Shown: one piece after another, positions 14,136 to 28,440 of the stretch
Layout of the letters: each line of letters opens with the position of its first letter
Numbering within the stretch: position 1 is the stretch's first letter
Assembly (NCBI RefSeq): GCF_009914755.1
Contig: NC_060939.1
Strand: one strand, 5' to 3'
Source of the DNA: the human T2T-CHM13v2.0 reference genome, Homo sapiens
DNA length: 64,000 bases
Position numbers and translations under genes: made by a program
The notes under the pieces: generated by a model
Database searches by the model: none
What the model was told of the DNA's origin: nothing
What the model saw: the letters and a program-made list of their open reading frames with translations, nothing else

Positions 14136-14819
14136 GTCAAGGGGAGAAGTCTGAGTACAGAGCAAGATAAAGAAAATGTGGCTTCTGTCTTCAGCAGAGC
14201 CAATCAAATGGAAAGGGCACCAAATAATGGGAAACAGAGAGAACAAAGAGGAAGGGGGAAGAGAGTTGGACTGTTTGTGGCCTGTGTGTGGAACTGGTAA
14301 CCAAGTTGGTCTTGAGGGACGTTTTAACAGACATTTGGTATTGGACTGAGGCAGAGTTTGGGGATGTCTCCACCAGCTTCTCTTTCTCAGATTTGGTTTA
14401 GGGGCCTGAAGAAGGAATAATAGATTCTCTCCCCTGCTACAGCTGAAGTGGGGAATAAAGGTGGGAGGATTCAGAGACTTTTCAAAGGCCAAGGTGTTCA
14501 CTCTGAATTGAACACCACAGATTTTTGTTGTTGTTTTTCCTTCCTCCCAGGAAAAAGGAAAAAGATTTACTTTCACTACAAATATTTAAGGATCTGTTGA
14601 GTTCATTTTCACAAAAGAATTAAAACGTGGGAAAACCAAATTTCCCCCCTCCCACTGCTTTTGTTTTGGCTTTTGCTTAATTTTGTAACATTAATTCTTT
14701 GATCCTTCCAACCACAAATCATTTAAGTGACTTTGATTAAGTAATCACTTAACTTCCCAAATTCTTTGTATCATGATTGTATTTCTTGTCATATTTTATA
14801 CAATTATAATGAGGTTTTA

Positions 14820-14990
14820 CAAAGCAGGTTCAGATGCCAGCGCACCTGGGCTCCTCCTGGCGCACTGCGATTTAAAGCAAGTTATTTCACCTCTCAGGGC
14901 TTAGCTTTAGCATCGATAAGAAAAGCTTGGTATTTAATACACATCCCCCACAGAGACGGTGTCGGGAATTTTATTCAGTTAGTGTTTATA
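14820..14990 (+). mobile_element. MIR fragment
   Basis: 'agcaagttatttcacctctcagggcttag...' degenerate MIR core. Confidence 0.5.
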
Positions 14991-16444
14991 AAGGATCTTT
15001 ATTGGCAACCCTAGGGAGGGTGATATACATGAATATTTTAATATGCAATGAACAATCTGCTGTTTGGGCCATCTAGGCAATGTTATGTAATGACCTATTA
15101 TTTTGGCTTCATATCCCCTACAGAGACCTTTCTCTGGCTTCTCTGGAGACCGAGTTTTGTTGTTATCCCAGCAGCTAAGAAATCAGGGGGTAACCGCCCA
15201 GGCTGAACACATGGCAAATTCTATGCCTAATGTGTTCTTCTTTGGTGTGGAGGTTCCGATGATGTCTGCACAGGCCTGGGCAGCAACTTCCAATGTTTTG
15301 AGGGTTAATGCAAATCTGTGAAATACGAAACCTCCAGTGTAGCTCACAGGTTTTCTCAAAAATGCTAGCAAATTACCCTTAATTTTGCTCACTGTACAGC
15401 TTTATTAGGAGTACTGGTTGACTCCCACTGAGATTTATGCATTGCTGCATTGCAAAGGTTGAACCACTTCAGCCCGGCAGCGTTTTCCTGTGACCCCTGC
15501 GTTTACAATAACTATTAAAGACGACAGTAAAACATATATAATGGACATGGTTCAAATATTTCCCACTGCTTCTGAAATGATTATTTCTCCACAAGAGCAA
15601 AAGACCAGTGAAATCTGGGCTTAAGGCGAGGCAGCAACAAAAACCACGGGTTTTTAAGTTTAAGCTAATATTTAACATAGGATAAGGACTACTGGTAAAT
15701 ATTGATTTATCTTCTCTCCTATTCCCCTGGGGGCTTAATCTCGCCGCTCAGAACATTAAACAATTGTTTATTTTTCCACCAGTATTATAAAAACAATACT
15801 AGAATTCTTTTCCTTTTTTTTCTTTTTTTTAAGAAATAAAAAGTATCCAGTATCCCAGCAGGACAGAGCAACTGCGTAAGTGTTGAGTGAAACATCCATA
15901 CGAGAGTAGGGCTTGTGGTAGCTCTGTTTTTTACAGGGACTTGCTTCTTTGCCTGGTCAGGACACAGATTTTTAGCTGCAATAATACTTGAAGGAGTTCT
16001 TTTAACTCTAGAAAATGAAAACATACATCTTGGTGCAGGAAGCTCAAAACCCAGTGTTTTACGAATAAGGAAATCAACAGAGATCAGAGCAAAGAAATTG
16101 ATCCAAAATTTAAGCAAGGGCTCAGGAATGATAATCATGACACAGCTGATGAGTAGTGTTGAAGAAGATGCAGAATCAGAGGAATCTCATGGGAGACATC
16201 CACACACCACTTCTAGAGGCTTTCCAAGATGGCGTGAGCCGAGAGCTTCCTGTCATCTCTGTACTTAGGAAATGTGCCATCCTTACATTGCCCTTAGCCT
16301 CAGTTTTACTGTTCCTTGTACATAGCGGGATTGTTACTTCCATCAAGCAAAGCAGTCCTTAAGTTTCATAGACTGTTACAGCATTGTCTAATTGGCTCCT
16401 CACCCTGTTTCAGATAGGTTAGGAAAGTATCTTTAAAACCACTT

Positions 16445-17085
16445 TATATGTCAAAGGACTTGTATTTAGAATATGGAAAGAACTCAATAAGACTAACAAC
16501 TTAATAAAATGGGCAAAAGGCTTAAATTGACATTTAGCAAAAAAGATATATGAAGGGCCAATAATTACATGAAGGTGGTCAACATCATAAATCATCAGGA
16601 AAATGCAAACGAAAACCTCCTTGCAGAACCACTAATGCTACTTTATTCTCAATACCAAGGTGAGGATGAGAGACTGAAACACTCACACATTGCTGATGGG
16701 CGTGTAAAATGGTACAACCACTTTGGACAACTGACCCAGCAATGAAATTGCTGGGTATTTACTCAGGAGAAATCAAAATACAGACACAGAGGACTTGAAC
16801 ATGAATATTATTAGCAGCTCTATTCGTAGTAGCTCAAAACTGGAAACAACGCAAACATCTATCAATAGGTAAATAGATAAGTTGTGGCTTCTGCATGCAA
16901 TAGATATACTCAGCAACAAAAAACAAACTATTGATTCAACACCATGGATGAGTCTCAGAAACATTATGTTGATCAAAAGAAGCCAAACACACAAGAATTG
17001 ATCTGTAACATTCCATTTATATGCAGCTCTAGGAGAGGTGGAACTATGATGATGAAAGTCAGAAAGTAGTTGCCTCCATTTAGGG
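16445..17085 (+). mobile_element. Old L1 (L1ME/MD-type) ORF2 end and 3'UTR fragment
   Basis: 'aaatgggcaaaaggctt...tgctgatgggcgtgtaaaatggtacaaccactttgg...tctcagaaacattatgttga'. Confidence 0.8.
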
Positions 17086-17660
17086 AAATTGACTTACTTG
17101 TTTACTTGCTTTATTTAGGGAAATTGACTTACTTGCTTAAGTAAATGGGTGAGCCAGTGCTTGAACTCAGGCCAACAGATCTCAGGGCTAGGGCCCCACT
17201 GGCTACATCACACTCTCTCAGCATAGAAGGAAGGTGAGGAAGAACGAGGCACAGCAGCTGGGGAGCAGAAGGAAGGCAGGTAAGGTATCAGGAGAAAGGA
17301 AAGGCAGAAGTCACTGAGGTCACATTTCTGTCCTGGGCATAAGGCTCATAATGGCACCTGTGATGGAAAGAGGCCCTTCCATCGTGGCCACCTGCAGAAG
17401 TAATTAGGAGGGCTTGACAGATGTGGGAGAGAGAAGCATCATCATCCAACTGGTGGAGCCTGCCAGTAGAGAAGGTATTAAAGTTATTCTCTTGTTGGTA
17501 TCCAAATGGGATTTTTATCATCATAGTCCCACCTCTCCTAGAGCTGCATATAAATGGAATGTTACAAATCAATTCTTGTGTGTTTGGCCTCTTTTGATCA
17601 ACATAATGTTTCTGAGATCCATCCATGGTATTGAATCAGTTTGTTTTTTGTTGCTGAGTA
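16907..17660. repeat. Inverted repeat: arms 16907-17060 and 17510-17660, 449-bp spacer
   Basis: By manual alignment the reverse complement of the second arm matches the first with 8 substitutions and one 3-bp indel. Confidence 0.93.
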
Positions 17661-17839
17661 AACAATAAACTTGTTTTATTCGTAAGATCTTTTAAAAATT
17701 CTTCATGACATAATTAATACATATACACTGCAGAAAGAAAATATACATAAAAGAAGAAAAAATAAAACCTCCTATGGTCTTATTATCCCGTGATAATCTC
17801 TGATCTTTGTTTTTGTTTTTCAGTAAATAAAAACATTTT

Positions 17840-18260
17840 AAACAAAAATGGGATCATATACTATACGTGCTGTTTTATAATATGCCTTTTAAACAACATA
17901 TCAGTGAACATTTCTCTCTATCAGAGGGTATAATTTCTATTGGATACATAACATCCTATGGGTGGATATATCCAAATTTTGTTTAACCAAACCTCTGCTA
18001 CTACATATTTAAATTGTTTCCAGTTTTTAGTTACTACCTACTACCCCCTACAAGAGAACATCTTGAACATAACACATTTGCTCACTTTTTTTCAGTATTT
18101 CCTCAAGGAAAACTCTAGAAGTGGAAATTCTAGGTCAAATGGTTTGGACATCCTTAAGGAATTTAATACATATTGTCAATTATTGTTTTTGAAATGGTTT
18201 TAGCAATTTACATTCTCACCAGCAGTGAATGAATGTGTTATTCTGTGTCACCTTAACAGG
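17840..18260 (-). mobile_element. Old L1ME-type fragment
   Basis: 'ttgtttccagttttt...ctagaagtggaaattctaggtcaaatgg...aatttacattctcaccagcagtg'. Confidence 0.7.
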
Positions 18261-19944
18261 TGGACTATAACTTTGGTCCCTGTGCTAAGTACTACCTCTT
18301 TTCATTGAAGCACCTGTCAGGATTAGAAATTAACCTTTGATGTTGTCTAGCTCCATCTCCCAAGCAATGGCTGAATTCCCTTTTGGATTCTGCTAGTTTG
18401 AAATGAAAACCATTTCTTTAAAAATGTTAATTTGAAAACATGATTGATGTTTGAGTGTAGTAGAAAAATTGGAGGAGCCAGAAACAGAAGTGATCCTGGG
18501 GTCAGAGTACCTGGGTTTCAGGGCTGGCCGCGTCCTTGTCTGTAGTTGTGTAATCACCAGCAAGTTGCTGACGTACCCTGCCTGGGTCTCTGTGTCCCCA
18601 TGTCTAAGACAAGGGGATTGAGGGGGGCTCAATCTCTACATTGTCTTTAGTTATGACATTCAATAAATCTTCGGCTATTTAAAGCATTCCTTTCAAGGGC
18701 TGGGCTTGTAAATTAAGCGTGGCAGGCCTTTGAAATGCAGCTTGTGTGGGAAAGGAAACAAACCCAGCAGCTAGTTTGCTGCTGGATCAGAATTCGATGT
18801 TCTTTGTGAAGTAATAAATTGTGTCTTGGCTCCTGGATTGTTCCAGGTTGCCTCGGGTTTCACGGAAGTGGCTTTTTCAGGAATGGTTCCCATTGCCGGA
18901 AAGTGGGTGTTAATTTGTGCCTTGGCTATTTTTCAGGGCACATTCTGGCAAAATCCTGGCATCTTTTTCAGAGGATCAGCAGATGTAATGACCTGGGGGT
19001 TGCTCCCCTTGCAAGAGGACACATGCTCTATGTTAATACCCCAAATCAAGCCTATAGTCAGAGGCCTAGGTTTTATAATAGAGCACTTATCCTGGGCATG
19101 CCAAGGGTTTTTGACCAAGTGGAAACACTTTGGGACATGTACCACAGGAAACAGGACAGCGGAATGCTTAGTAATGGTTAGCATTTCTAAATAAAGTATC
19201 TGCTCTCCACTGAAATGGGGTACAGGTGGTGTCCTGGAAGAGGAGAGGAAGCTAATGGAAGTGAAGAAAGAATAAAATAGAATAACATCTGTGTTTGGTG
19301 CTCCACAGCTTGCAGCCTACATTAACATACTTTATTTACTCTACACAATGTCCCCAGGATATCATCATTGCCATTTTGTCCCAATTTACCACCGAGCAAA
19401 TGCAAGGGTTGGAGTGTTGGTCGTGAGTGGCCCAATCACCTCTGCAACAACCTCACGGCTTGGCTTAAAATACCGTAAATCCCTGCTTCCTTGGCAGATC
19501 TTCATAGTCTCATACCTCCTTTCTCTTCTATGACAATTGAAAAATTACTTTTTTCTTACTCTTTGAGTCCATAGTCATAAATTCAAGTCATTTGCCAATC
19601 TTCAGTATAATGCAATTGGAAAACATTGTCTAGTCTAGTATTTCCCAGACTTTAATTTTTAAAATTATTTTCAACTTTTATTTTAGTTATTTGCACACTG
19701 TCTTCACAATTTATGCCACATCTGTGTACCACCTGTACCATTATTTACATTATTTGTTTTCAGACAAATTACAATTTCACTTTTTTCTTGCTCTAAGAAC
19801 TCTAGTAACTGAAATCATTAGTTTGATGTACCAGTTATAGTTTTCTAATGTATGCTATCACATAGCTGTTAAAATCTTGTGTTCATTTTTTGTAGTACAT
19901 AATATATCTCACTTCTCCCTTTGATATACACACTATACTCTGAG

Positions 19945-20100
19945 GAATTAATTTAAATGAAATAAAATTTCAAAATTCAGTTTCTTGGTTGAGTTAGCTG
20001 CATTTTAAGTGTCCAGTTGACACATGTAGCTTAACGGCTGCCATATTGGGCAGGGCAGACTAGAACATTCTGTCATCCCAGGAAGTTCTATCAGACAGAC
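19945..20100 (-). mobile_element. MER3 (hAT-Charlie DNA transposon) fragment
   Basis: 'aaaattcagtttc...cacatgtagct...catattgggcagggcag...tagaacatt...ggaagttctat' is the reverse complement of MER3. Confidence 0.75.
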
Positions 20101-20327
20101 TCTTCCTAAGGTTTGTCCAGGGCACTTAAAGCAGCAGACATTTCACTGCTTTCATTAGCCTAAGCTAGACTAACATACAAGATTATCAAAAGAAAGGTGA
20201 ATTAATTTAAGAACTGCTACCAAAAATGTCAGATAATAGTTTCTTTCATTGACCACTGTCCAAGTAAGCAGCAAGACAAGTCAAAGCATCTGATTTGATA
20301 ATGGATCACTTCAGTCTGCTCTAAACC

Positions 20328-20555
20328 AGCTCTCTCTCAGGGCTGTCTCTTCTTCCATCCCCGCCACTCCCATTCTCCCCTTCTCTCCTTCCCAGTCCAT
20401 GTCTCTCTTCAGTGTGTGTCTGTGTTTTCGCTTTCATGCTTCTTCTTCCTCTTGCTTCACCTGTGTGTCCTAACCTCACTTTCATTCTAGCCCTCAGTCC
20501 TTTCTCTCCCTTTCTGCCTATTTTACCTTCCCAACCTTCTGAATCTCCCTCATTC
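20328..20555. repeat. Pyrimidine-rich low-complexity tract
   Basis: Long CT-dominated stretch. Confidence 0.6.
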
Positions 20556-21644
20556 AAAATTTAAGTATATTTGGATTTTGTTTTGTAAATTCTTCTTCAA
20601 GTACAATAATTTCAGGCCAAAGGACATTCTCATTTGTAATGTGAATAAGGGATACCTCCTAGCAGAATTCCACAAGATGTGATAAGTCTCACTGGCATCT
20701 CAGCTCTGTGTTAATGCACATAAAACGACTGTTTCCTGCTCAAACCTCTGCCTGTCTCTCACTGATGTAAAACCATAACAAACTAATTGCTTTACTCTAC
20801 TCCTCATCCAAAGTCTCCTTTAAAGAACAAGAGAATTTTTGACCATGCTTCTCTTCAGGCCCATGGAAAAAGGTCCAAACCTTGCTCTGTGGCATTGGTT
20901 ACACTTCTTGAGCAGACTAAAAGCCAGGCATTGCCTTGAAGGCCTGATGCCACTTCTATTTAATCAGAACTCCTTCCAGAGCCATAAGGTTACTGGAGGT
21001 CCCCCAGAGGGAGGAAAGTGCTGTGTAGACATATTTATGCTTCATCTGTTGGCCATGAATGTCAAGGAGGAGAACTGACTAGACTGCCTTCTCTTTGTTT
21101 TAATTATCCAGAGATTCCAAAAGGAAAGGAAAGGCCAAGTGGACCCAAGAGCCCTCAGAAGTGCAAGATGCTCTGGGGAACATATGTGCATTGCTCAATT
21201 CCATGAAATAGACCCTTCCTTAGGAGTACAAAATTGAAAGTTTCCCTTACTTCTTGCAGGGAAACCTGTTTACCTCCCCCCACCTCCCCACCCCTTCCAA
21301 ATGTACTCAGTTAGGCTGTGGAAAATTTAATTCCTCTTGCTAATTTATATAAGAAGTTATGATACCTTGGAAATTTTTATCTGTCAGCTTTAAAACGTTA
21401 AATATGGGATCCACTATTCTCAGGAAAATGATGTGATGATCTGCTGTCTTTCTCAGACAAAGGGAGGCATTTTTCCAAGAGTGGAAGTCCCTACCTGCGT
21501 GGGAATGATAGAGACATCCTCTGACTGGGTTTTGTACTGCTCCAGACTCTGAAAAAGAGAAAGAGATCCAAGTTTAAGTGACTTTAATCTTAGTAAAGTT
21601 TTAAGGTTTATGTTATCCTCTGGATAATAATAACTATAATGATG

Positions 21645-21870
21645 TTTTGAGTGCTTGGAATTTGTGGAGCAGTGTGTTAGGTGCTGCTGCTGTAAACACA
21701 ATCTCATTAATCCTCATGACAACCCTGATGAGGTGACTCTCCCCCACCACCATATTCTAATTGGAGGAATTTGAGTCTCAGAGAGGCGAATAATTTCTCA
21801 AAGGCAACACAGTCAATAAATTGTCAGAGCTCGGATTCAAACCCAGGACAGAGCTTTGTGGTCTTTAGAT
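21645..21870 (-). mobile_element. MIR
   Basis: 'atctcattaatcctcatgacaaccct...gagtctcagagagg...ggattcaaacccagg'. Confidence 0.75.
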
Positions 21871-21887
21871 CCATTGTTCTGTGTTGG

Positions 21888-22840
<953 letters not shown>

Positions 22841-23064
22841 GGCTGGAGGTTTTTGAAGGAGGAGGATAGTGCTTTGGAAACAGCAAAGGGGGAGAGCGGG
22901 CAAGAAATGACTGTTTATCCTACCTCCAGGCCCTGGGTGTGAGGAGTGATCCTCAGGGGCCAGCCAGGTCCAGGGAGTAGGCAAAAAGGAAGGGAGCCTT
23001 CAGAAAAGAAGATGTAGCTCTAGGGGAGTTTGCTGCAGCGGCAGTGGTGGCAAATCACAGGATA

Positions 23065-23225
23065 GCTAGTTTTTATTGAACATGTACTGTCTGTCTAGCA
23101 GGATTCTAAGTGCTTTTCCTGCAATAACTTGTTTAGTCCTCTTGGTAATCCTAAACTGTAGATACTATTATTAGCCCCATATCACATAGGAAACTGACAG
23201 GGAGTTAAGAAACTTGTAGCAAGTA
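23065..23225 (-). mobile_element. MIR fragment
   Basis: 'ttttattgaacatgtact...ctaagtgcttt...gtagatactattattagcccc'. Confidence 0.6.
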
Positions 23226-23699
23226 AGCAATATGGCTGGGATGGCATTACTAATTTCAGAAGTCAGAGTGGAAAGTTGGAGGGGTTGTCAGAGAGGGTTG
23301 GAGCGTGCTCTCACTAAGGGAGGGGTCGACTGGTCTAGAGATGAGACCCAGATGGCAAACGTGACCTGGGAGGTTTTGATGGAGGTAAAGCTTGCTCCAT
23401 GATGCCATTTGCCCTGAATGACACTAGAGGAAGTTTCCCCATCAGTTCAGACTGGAAGCATGGAGCCTAGGAGTGACTGCTCTTTCTTGAAGCTTCCCGT
23501 GGGGTGGGGCCCAGGGCCTCCTCACTGGGATTGCTTTCTTAGGCAGCTTGTGGGGCAAGAAGAGTTTCGTCTAAACAAGGCAGTGTCTTGACCCCTTTTA
23601 TCCCACTGCCTTTGAGTTGGGAGAATGTTCATATTTACACATTTCTGGGATGTTTTACTGCAGTTCTCGTTTGGAGATAATAATAGATAACGTTCATCA

Positions 23700-23925
23700 T
23701 TCATTAAGCACTTACAATGTGTCAGGTTCTATGCTGAGCACTTGACATATAGTATTCCTTCAATAAACACAGTAGTCTTATGACATGGCTACTATTCTTG
23801 CTCCCCTTTTTCTGATGGACTAACTGAGCTCTAGACAGGTTACGTCATTTGCCCAAAGTGCTATATAGTGAGTGGTGGACCTGAGATTTAAACCTTACAA
23901 CCTGACACCAGAGGTTATAGCCTCA
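23700..23925 (-). mobile_element. MIR
   Basis: 'agcacttacaatgtgtcagg...actgagctctagacaggttacgtcatttgcccaaag...gagatttaaacc'. Confidence 0.7.
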
Positions 23926-26185
23926 CTCTGCTGCAAGTGAAGAAGATATGTTTGCTAGGTTTGGGGCAATGCTGCCCAGGAAGTCTTTGTAAATCCCAAA
24001 AGAATGAGTGATTGTAGCAACACAAAGTTTGAAGGGAAACCTTGAGAGTGAGTGGCTAGCATCTTCCTTCCGTGACCATACTGATGTTGAAATGTTGGTA
24101 GATCAACTACCAGCATCAGAGACGAACCTGAAGGTAATGGACTCAGGAGGGGAAGACAAGGGTGAGAAAGGGGAAATTGTTGTAAATAGAGAAAAGGAAA
24201 TTATTGGTTTACTTAACTTGTCTTCCACTACGTGATCTAAAAGTAACAGTACTCAGATAATACTTTCTCTCTCTTTTAATTCCACTAAATGAACACCTAA
24301 AAAACTGCTTACTTCCCCACTCTCCCTGCAAACAAGAAAAATGGTGGGATTATGGATACTTTTCTATTAAGATGTTTTAGTTTTCTATTATTTTAAAAGA
24401 AAAATATGTGGGGTATTTTTAAAAGAAATTGTTTAAATAAATGAAATAAGATTCTTTAGGCATCATATTTAATTGAATTCATTTCATCCCTTTAAAAAAT
24501 ATATTTTCTTTGACATTCATCTATTCCTATCCAAAAACATGGGTGGATGATCGGATCTCAGTTTTCTTAGGCTCCGTGATCCTGGCAGAGTTACTTTTTA
24601 ATCACTTGTCTATGTTTCTCCAACTTGAAAATACCTAGACTTCCAAGGCAACTGAACTGCTGTGGAAGAGCCATGAACTTCTCTGCCAAATGGCCGTGAG
24701 TAAGAAGATGGCCTCTTGGATTGCTCTCAGTCCCTCATTTGTGTTCTAAAAGAATTCATTAACCTGTAGATCAGTTTGGGGTTTTTTTTGACTCACCTGG
24801 TGGATCAGATTTTGCTGTCCCTAAATGTTCCTCTGAGCTCCTTGGAGAAAAAAGTTACGAGTAATAGACATGTGTTTATCATTTTACAAATGCATATTGA
24901 GTGCCTACTGCGTTTCAGACTCCAGATGCCAAAATGAGTAAGCTGGGATCCTTCTTCCTAAGGGCTGGTTGTTTGAAGAAATTATTACAAAAATTGGTGG
25001 TGAGGGGCAAATACAGCCACCTGTGTGGTGAGCCAGTCTGTGTCCCTTTGTGTAAAAAATTCCTTGAAAGTTAGAGCCCTAATGTCTTGAATGTACTAAT
25101 ATAAAATATTCATCATCAGTTCACTGTTACAATTTTTCACCCTTTTACACCTGATGTGAACTTTGGGCTTTGCACCTCATGAAGGCACATACCTACTCTT
25201 TAAGATGGAGTGATGTTACCCAGAGGGACCACCTACCTGGAAAATGGCAAAGCCTGGCCTTGAACTTCTAATTCCTACTTCAGGGCACTTTCTTCTGTCT
25301 AAAATAAAACCCTGCTCATTATCTGTGTACTTTATTTACCTTTCCAAATGTTACTATTATTATTAATATTATTATTATAACCAAGTTATTTAGATTAGCC
25401 AACATATTTTACTGAGGTGACATGGTAGAAACAAACTCAAAACTGTCCTTTGGGCTGCCTCCCCAGTCCAGGGCATGCACAGTTGTGGACAGATCATAGA
25501 AGACAGCTTCTCTCTGAAGGTATGGGGTTAGGAGTGGGGATGAGGGAGGTCCAGGACAATAAGAGAAACATGCAACTGCTGATTGAGTGTTTGGAAAAAT
25601 GAAAAGTATTGCTCACTGATTGAAAGAGATGTAGTCAGAATTTCATGCTTAAGTGCGACCAATTCTGGATGTCGTGGTTGTCACCTAATATGTGCCCAAT
25701 AAACACATGTTGACTGAATGAATAAATGTGGGGTGAAGAAATACAAAGCAAGGAGAGCAAGCCAACCCAGAATCTTCCTTGACTTTCTGTGTGCCTCCTG
25801 GAATAGATGATTTAACACCTCTGTGTCTCTAGGTAGAACTGAAAGGTGTCAGTGGCAGAGTTTATGGATATCTACCTTGAGATGCTATTTAGAGGAGTAG
25901 GTTTTGTATACCTGGAAGGTGAAAAGGAAGATCTAGTAAGTTCAAAAGAGGGAGACTTTGGAGCCAACAACTTAATGGGACTTCAGTCTGAACCACGGCA
26001 AAGGGGCAGCCAAGCCTGTCTGGATGCCTCCCTTGCACAACATCAACACACATGTGCCCACCACAGTGAGGGTCCTGCTTGGTTATCTGGCATGTTATGG
26101 GAACAGAGGAGTCAACACTTTGGAGTAAGTCAGTGTTAGCTCGTGTTGCTTCATTTTTAGAGATGAGTAAAAAGATGTGATAACT

Positions 26186-26628
26186 GCAGTAGCTTCCTAT
26201 AACTGCTGTAACCAATTACTACAAACTCAGTGGCTTGAAACAACAGAAATCAATTCTCTCATAGTGCTGGAAACCTGAAATCAAGAATCAAGGCCAGCAG
26301 GGCTGTGCTGCCTCCTGAGGCTCCAAGGGAGACTCAATCCTGGCCTCTTCCAGCTTCTGTGGACTCCAGGCATTCCTTGCCCACTGGCTGCATCCCTCCA
26401 ATCTCTGGCTCCATCACCACACGGCCTTCTTTTCTCTCTGTGTTTCTCTTCTGTGTGTCTCTCCATAAGGACACATGCCATTGGATTTAGGGCCCACCTG
26501 GACAATCCAGGATGACCTCATTATGAGATCCTTAGTCACATCTGCAAAGACCCTTTTTCCAAATAAGGCCAGATTCCAGGGATTGGGACATGAGTATATC
26601 TTTTGGGAGACCACGCTTCAACCTACTG
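26186..26628 (-). mobile_element. MaLR solo LTR (MLT1B/C-like)
   Basis: 'ctgctgtaaccaattactacaaactcagtggcttgaaacaacagaaat...ggatttagggcccacc...cacatctgcaaagaccctttttccaaataagg'. Confidence 0.88.
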
Positions 26629-26884
26629 CAATGATGCTGATGTATTAGGAAGATGGTTTGACAGGGGGAGTGTGATAGCAAGGGTAGGGTGCAGACACTG
26701 GGCTCACTGGCTGCTGTGGCCTTAGTCCAGGACTGGGGAAATAAGGAACGACCACAGCAGGAGCCATGGGAATAAAGAGGAGGAAATGGAAGCAGGAGAT
26801 ATTTCATGGAAGAATTTGCCAGAACTTGGTGATAAATTTTGGTGTGGTCAGTAAGAGAAAGAGAAAATCCTAATTTGACACCAA

Positions 26885-27180
26885 GGCATATTTCCCCAAA
26901 ATATGTGCTACAGAATGCTGGATCTTGGGATATCAGTAGCTATTGTGTGAGGGGAAAATGGTTCTATACATAAAGACATTTGGGGGACACTGGATTAAAC
27001 AGCATTGAACAGGTGTCTATCCTGCAGGATTTCTGTAAGCCTTTAACATCCCCACGTATATCATAAGTGTCTAAAGAAGGTTTCTAGAGGACAGTCTTTC
27101 CCATACTTACTTGACCATAGGCCTGCTTTATCTAGATTATCTTGAAGAACAAGTGGTCCACACACCTCTGAAAAATACTG
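26885..27180. mobile_element. hAT-Charlie family MITE (MER103C-like)
   Basis: Degenerate 'tttccccaaa...gaaaaatactg' ends. Internal 'ctgcaggatttct..gcctttaa' and 'cagtctttcccatacttacttgacc'. Confidence 0.5.
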
Positions 27181-27632
27181 CTCGATGGCATCCACCCTCT
27201 GAGAAAAGATAATATAAGTGACGTTCAGAAAGATGGAATGAAGAAAACTGGAATCGGACAGTCTGATGAGGGCCAGGCTTGTTTCCAAGACCCCTGCCAG
27301 CCTTAAAGATAGCCACAGGGACTGACACCAGTAACTGGCAGCTGGCAGAAGCCATTTGCAGGTTTGCACAGTGACGCTCTGACTTTAATAGTCCGTGCAA
27401 CTGTCCTGTGGTTTGGTTTCTTATTTCTCTGGTACCTTCTTGACAGTAGAAGCTGTTGCTTTAGAGCAGTTGCAGCAAGTATGTTTCACCCAGTGTGCCA
27501 ACTCTGCTGCATTGGATGGCTGACTCTCATGCTGCCTTGAGAAGGATGCTAAGCTGCAGGAGGCTGCGCAGGAAAGAGTGCTGTAAATGACTTGTAATGT
27601 CTGCCATGAGCACAGGAGGAAGATGGAGATGA

Positions 27633-27985
<353 letters not shown>

Positions 27986-28184
27986 TCTTGCTTTATACTT
28001 CAAAGAACTTCCTTGCCCATGCTCCCTCCCTCCCTTGTCCATGCCTCAAAAGGGGCCAACCAAGATCAGCAGTTATGCATCTTGGATGCAGTCTTCCTGG
28101 ACTCTTCAATCTTGAGCTCTCACCTAGAAGGAAAATGGTGGTATCAATGAGAGAAATGTAGCCATCAATTTCACAATGAATAAT

Positions 28185-28440
28185 AAAAATAGCTAATATT
28201 TACTGAGCACTTATTATGCATCAGGCTCCCTGCTAAGTGTTCTACATGTAATGTCTCATTTAATTCTCATGGCAGCCTCAAGGGATAGGTACCATCAATC
28301 ATCTAATTGTACAGATGAGGAACATGAGGCACATAGAGATTAAATTACTAGCCCAGGAACACACAGCTAATATGTGCTACAACCAGGATTTAACTTTAAG
28401 CATCCTAATGTTAAAACCGACACTCATAACCACTGAACTG
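28185..28440 (-). mobile_element. MIR, near full length
   Basis: 'atttactgagcacttattatg...ctcatttaattctcatggcagcc...acagatgaggaacatgaggcaca'. Confidence 0.82.

Noticed and set aside
14043-14576. Longest ORF in the track (177 aa, - strand)
   Set aside because: No recognisable domain, a non-ATG start, and it ends in the minisatellite. This length is attainable by chance.
15785-16268. Overlapping 117-aa ORFs on both strands
   Set aside because: No similarity to any protein I recognise and no convincing exon structure.
18819-19194. Overlapping 120-aa and 122-aa ORFs in unique sequence
   Set aside because: Non-ATG starts and no recognisable family. The region may be regulatory, but coding is unsupported.
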